From Candidatus Altiarchaeota archaeon (lineage in GTDB: Archaea; Altiarchaeota; Altiarchaeia; IMC4; SCGC-AAA252-I15), in NCBI GenBank assembly GCA_043813075.1, contig JBDRLL010000006.1:32001-96000 (forward strand): a DNA stretch of 64,000 nt, written 5' to 3'. Positions 62,971-64,000 of this stretch are shown here, in pieces; the stretch's first letter is position 1, and every line of letters starts with the position of its first letter. A model generated the notes under the pieces. That model was not told the DNA's origin. It searched no databases and saw only the letters and a list, made by a program, of their open reading frames with translations. The position numbers were made by a program, and so were the translations under genes.

Positions 62971-63792
62971 ATGGTGACTCGCGGTAGGACGCGTGGCTCG
63001 AGGCAGGATTCTGTTGGTCGTGGACCTGGGGACTTGGAGCTCTATGACCATGCGGGCAGGGTTGTCTCTAGGAAGCGTGCGGGCTCTGACGTGTGGGTTA
63101 GCGATGATATGTTGAGCAGCCCATTCTTGGACAGTAGGAGGGTTGCTGTCGTGGGGGATGCCGTTGATTTAAGGGCTAAGGCTGAGGAAGTCCAGCGTAG
63201 GCTTGTTAGGAAGGATGCGTTGAATTATCTTGAATTCGTTTCGACGATCGATAATTCAAGTAAGATTTTCAAGTATATTGTCGAGAGGCAGGATAGTGTT
63301 GGGGGCATTCCGAAAGAGGAGTCTGACTTCTGCTCTAGACTCGGGTTTGACAGACACATGTATTACTATGCTAGGGATGATTTGGGGGAGTCCAGTTTGG
63401 AGGAGTATGCTAGGGATAGGAGGGGGTTGCTTGAGCGGCATGGCTTGAGGGACTTCAAGTCTTACGGAAGGTTTTTGTCGATGGCTTTTCCGGGGGTGAG
63501 AGACGTTAGGGTTATTAGGGATACTGAAAGGGCTTTTTTCGCCTATCTTGCTGAGCCTCTGCTTGAGGCGGTGTCGAAAGCCGGGAGTCCGGACGAGTCT
63601 TTGTCCAACTTCAAGATGATAACAGACCAGTTCCCCCCGAAATACAGGCCAGGCCTGTTCATATCCTTGGGTAGGCATCCTTCAGCGGTTGAGCGGTTAG
63701 CTGGGATCGGGTGGACTGACCAGGATGGTTTGAAGGATTTTTTCACGCGTTTCCTTAGGAACCCTGAAGCATTCGATGGGATAGTCACTTGA
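62971..63792 (+). CDS. Hypothetical protein, C-terminus reminiscent of a GlnE helical segment
   Basis: 273-aa ORF containing 'LLEAVSKAGSPDESLSNF...LFISLGRHPSAVERL'. Confidence 0.5.
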   Translation: MVTRGRTRGSRQDSVGRGPGDLELYDHAGRVVSRKRAGSDVWVSDDMLSSPFLDSRRVAVVGDAVDLRAKAEEVQRRLVRKDALNYLEFVSTIDNSSKIFKYIVERQDSVGGIPKEESDFCSRLGFDRHMYYYARDDLGESSLEEYARDRRGLLERHGLRDFKSYGRFLSMAFPGVRDVRVIRDTERAFFAYLAEPLLEAVSKAGSPDESLSNFKMITDQFPPKYRPGLFISLGRHPSAVERLAGIGWTDQDGLKDFFTRFLRNPEAFDGIVT

Positions 63793-64000
63793 GACGCTCT
63801 TGAACGCTCTTACGGTGTTCTAGCAGGCCCTCTTCCTGCGCCAGCGTTATTATGGTGTTAGAGAGCCTTTTAAGCCCTTCCTTAGTCATCTCTTGGACGC
63901 ATGTGGTCTTCAGGAAGTCTCTTACGGAGAGGGGTGAGCTGAACCTGGCGGCCCCGCTCGTCGGGAGCACGTGGTTGCCTCCAGACGCGTAGTCCCCTGC
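63785..64000 (-). CDS. hisD: Histidinol dehydrogenase, C-terminal part (continues past the right edge)
   Basis: 'AGDYASGGNHVLPTSGAARFSSPLSVRDFLK...EGLLEH'. Confidence 0.93.
   Translation of the reverse strand, partial: AGDYASGGNHVLPTSGAARFSSPLSVRDFLKTTCVQEMTKEGLKRLSNTIITLAQEEGLLEHRKSVQERLK

Overview
Gene-dense 64 kb archaeal chromosomal segment. The divergent 16S, the gene repertoire and the lineage-type orphans suggest a DPANN-associated lineage such as Ca. Altiarchaeota; this placement is inference only. Left to right it holds: a surface-glycosylation block (GT-C/GT2/Rmd-like); a Cys-rich repeat protein and a class III signal-peptide (pilin-like) cluster; a 1080-aa coiled-coil protein; argJ, purF and tpiA; three GT4s plus a divergent AglB-like protein; a C-terminally truncated Rqc2; argF; R15P isomerase; the proteasome-exosome superoperon; a pilus ATPase; RNase P RNA; hypCDE/hypF; a minus-strand 16S-tRNA(Ala)-23S operon; tRNA-His and tRNA-Pro; a two-component pair; a KaiC-like module; RNase Z; and a partial hisD. 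The most unusual signal is non-coding. Two unrelated tRNA genes (Ala-UGC, His-GUG) carry homologous canonical BHB introns built around a perfect mirror-plus-inverted pyrimidine/purine repeat with intrastrand-triplex geometry. Both genes are also followed by a homologous ~58-nt covarying double hairpin whose first stem pairs with each tRNA's own discriminator base. tRNA-His and tRNA-Pro additionally have duplicated 3' ends associated with small hairpin cassettes. Together these suggest an undescribed family of tRNA-associated structured micro-elements. All calls were made by eye; no database searches were run.
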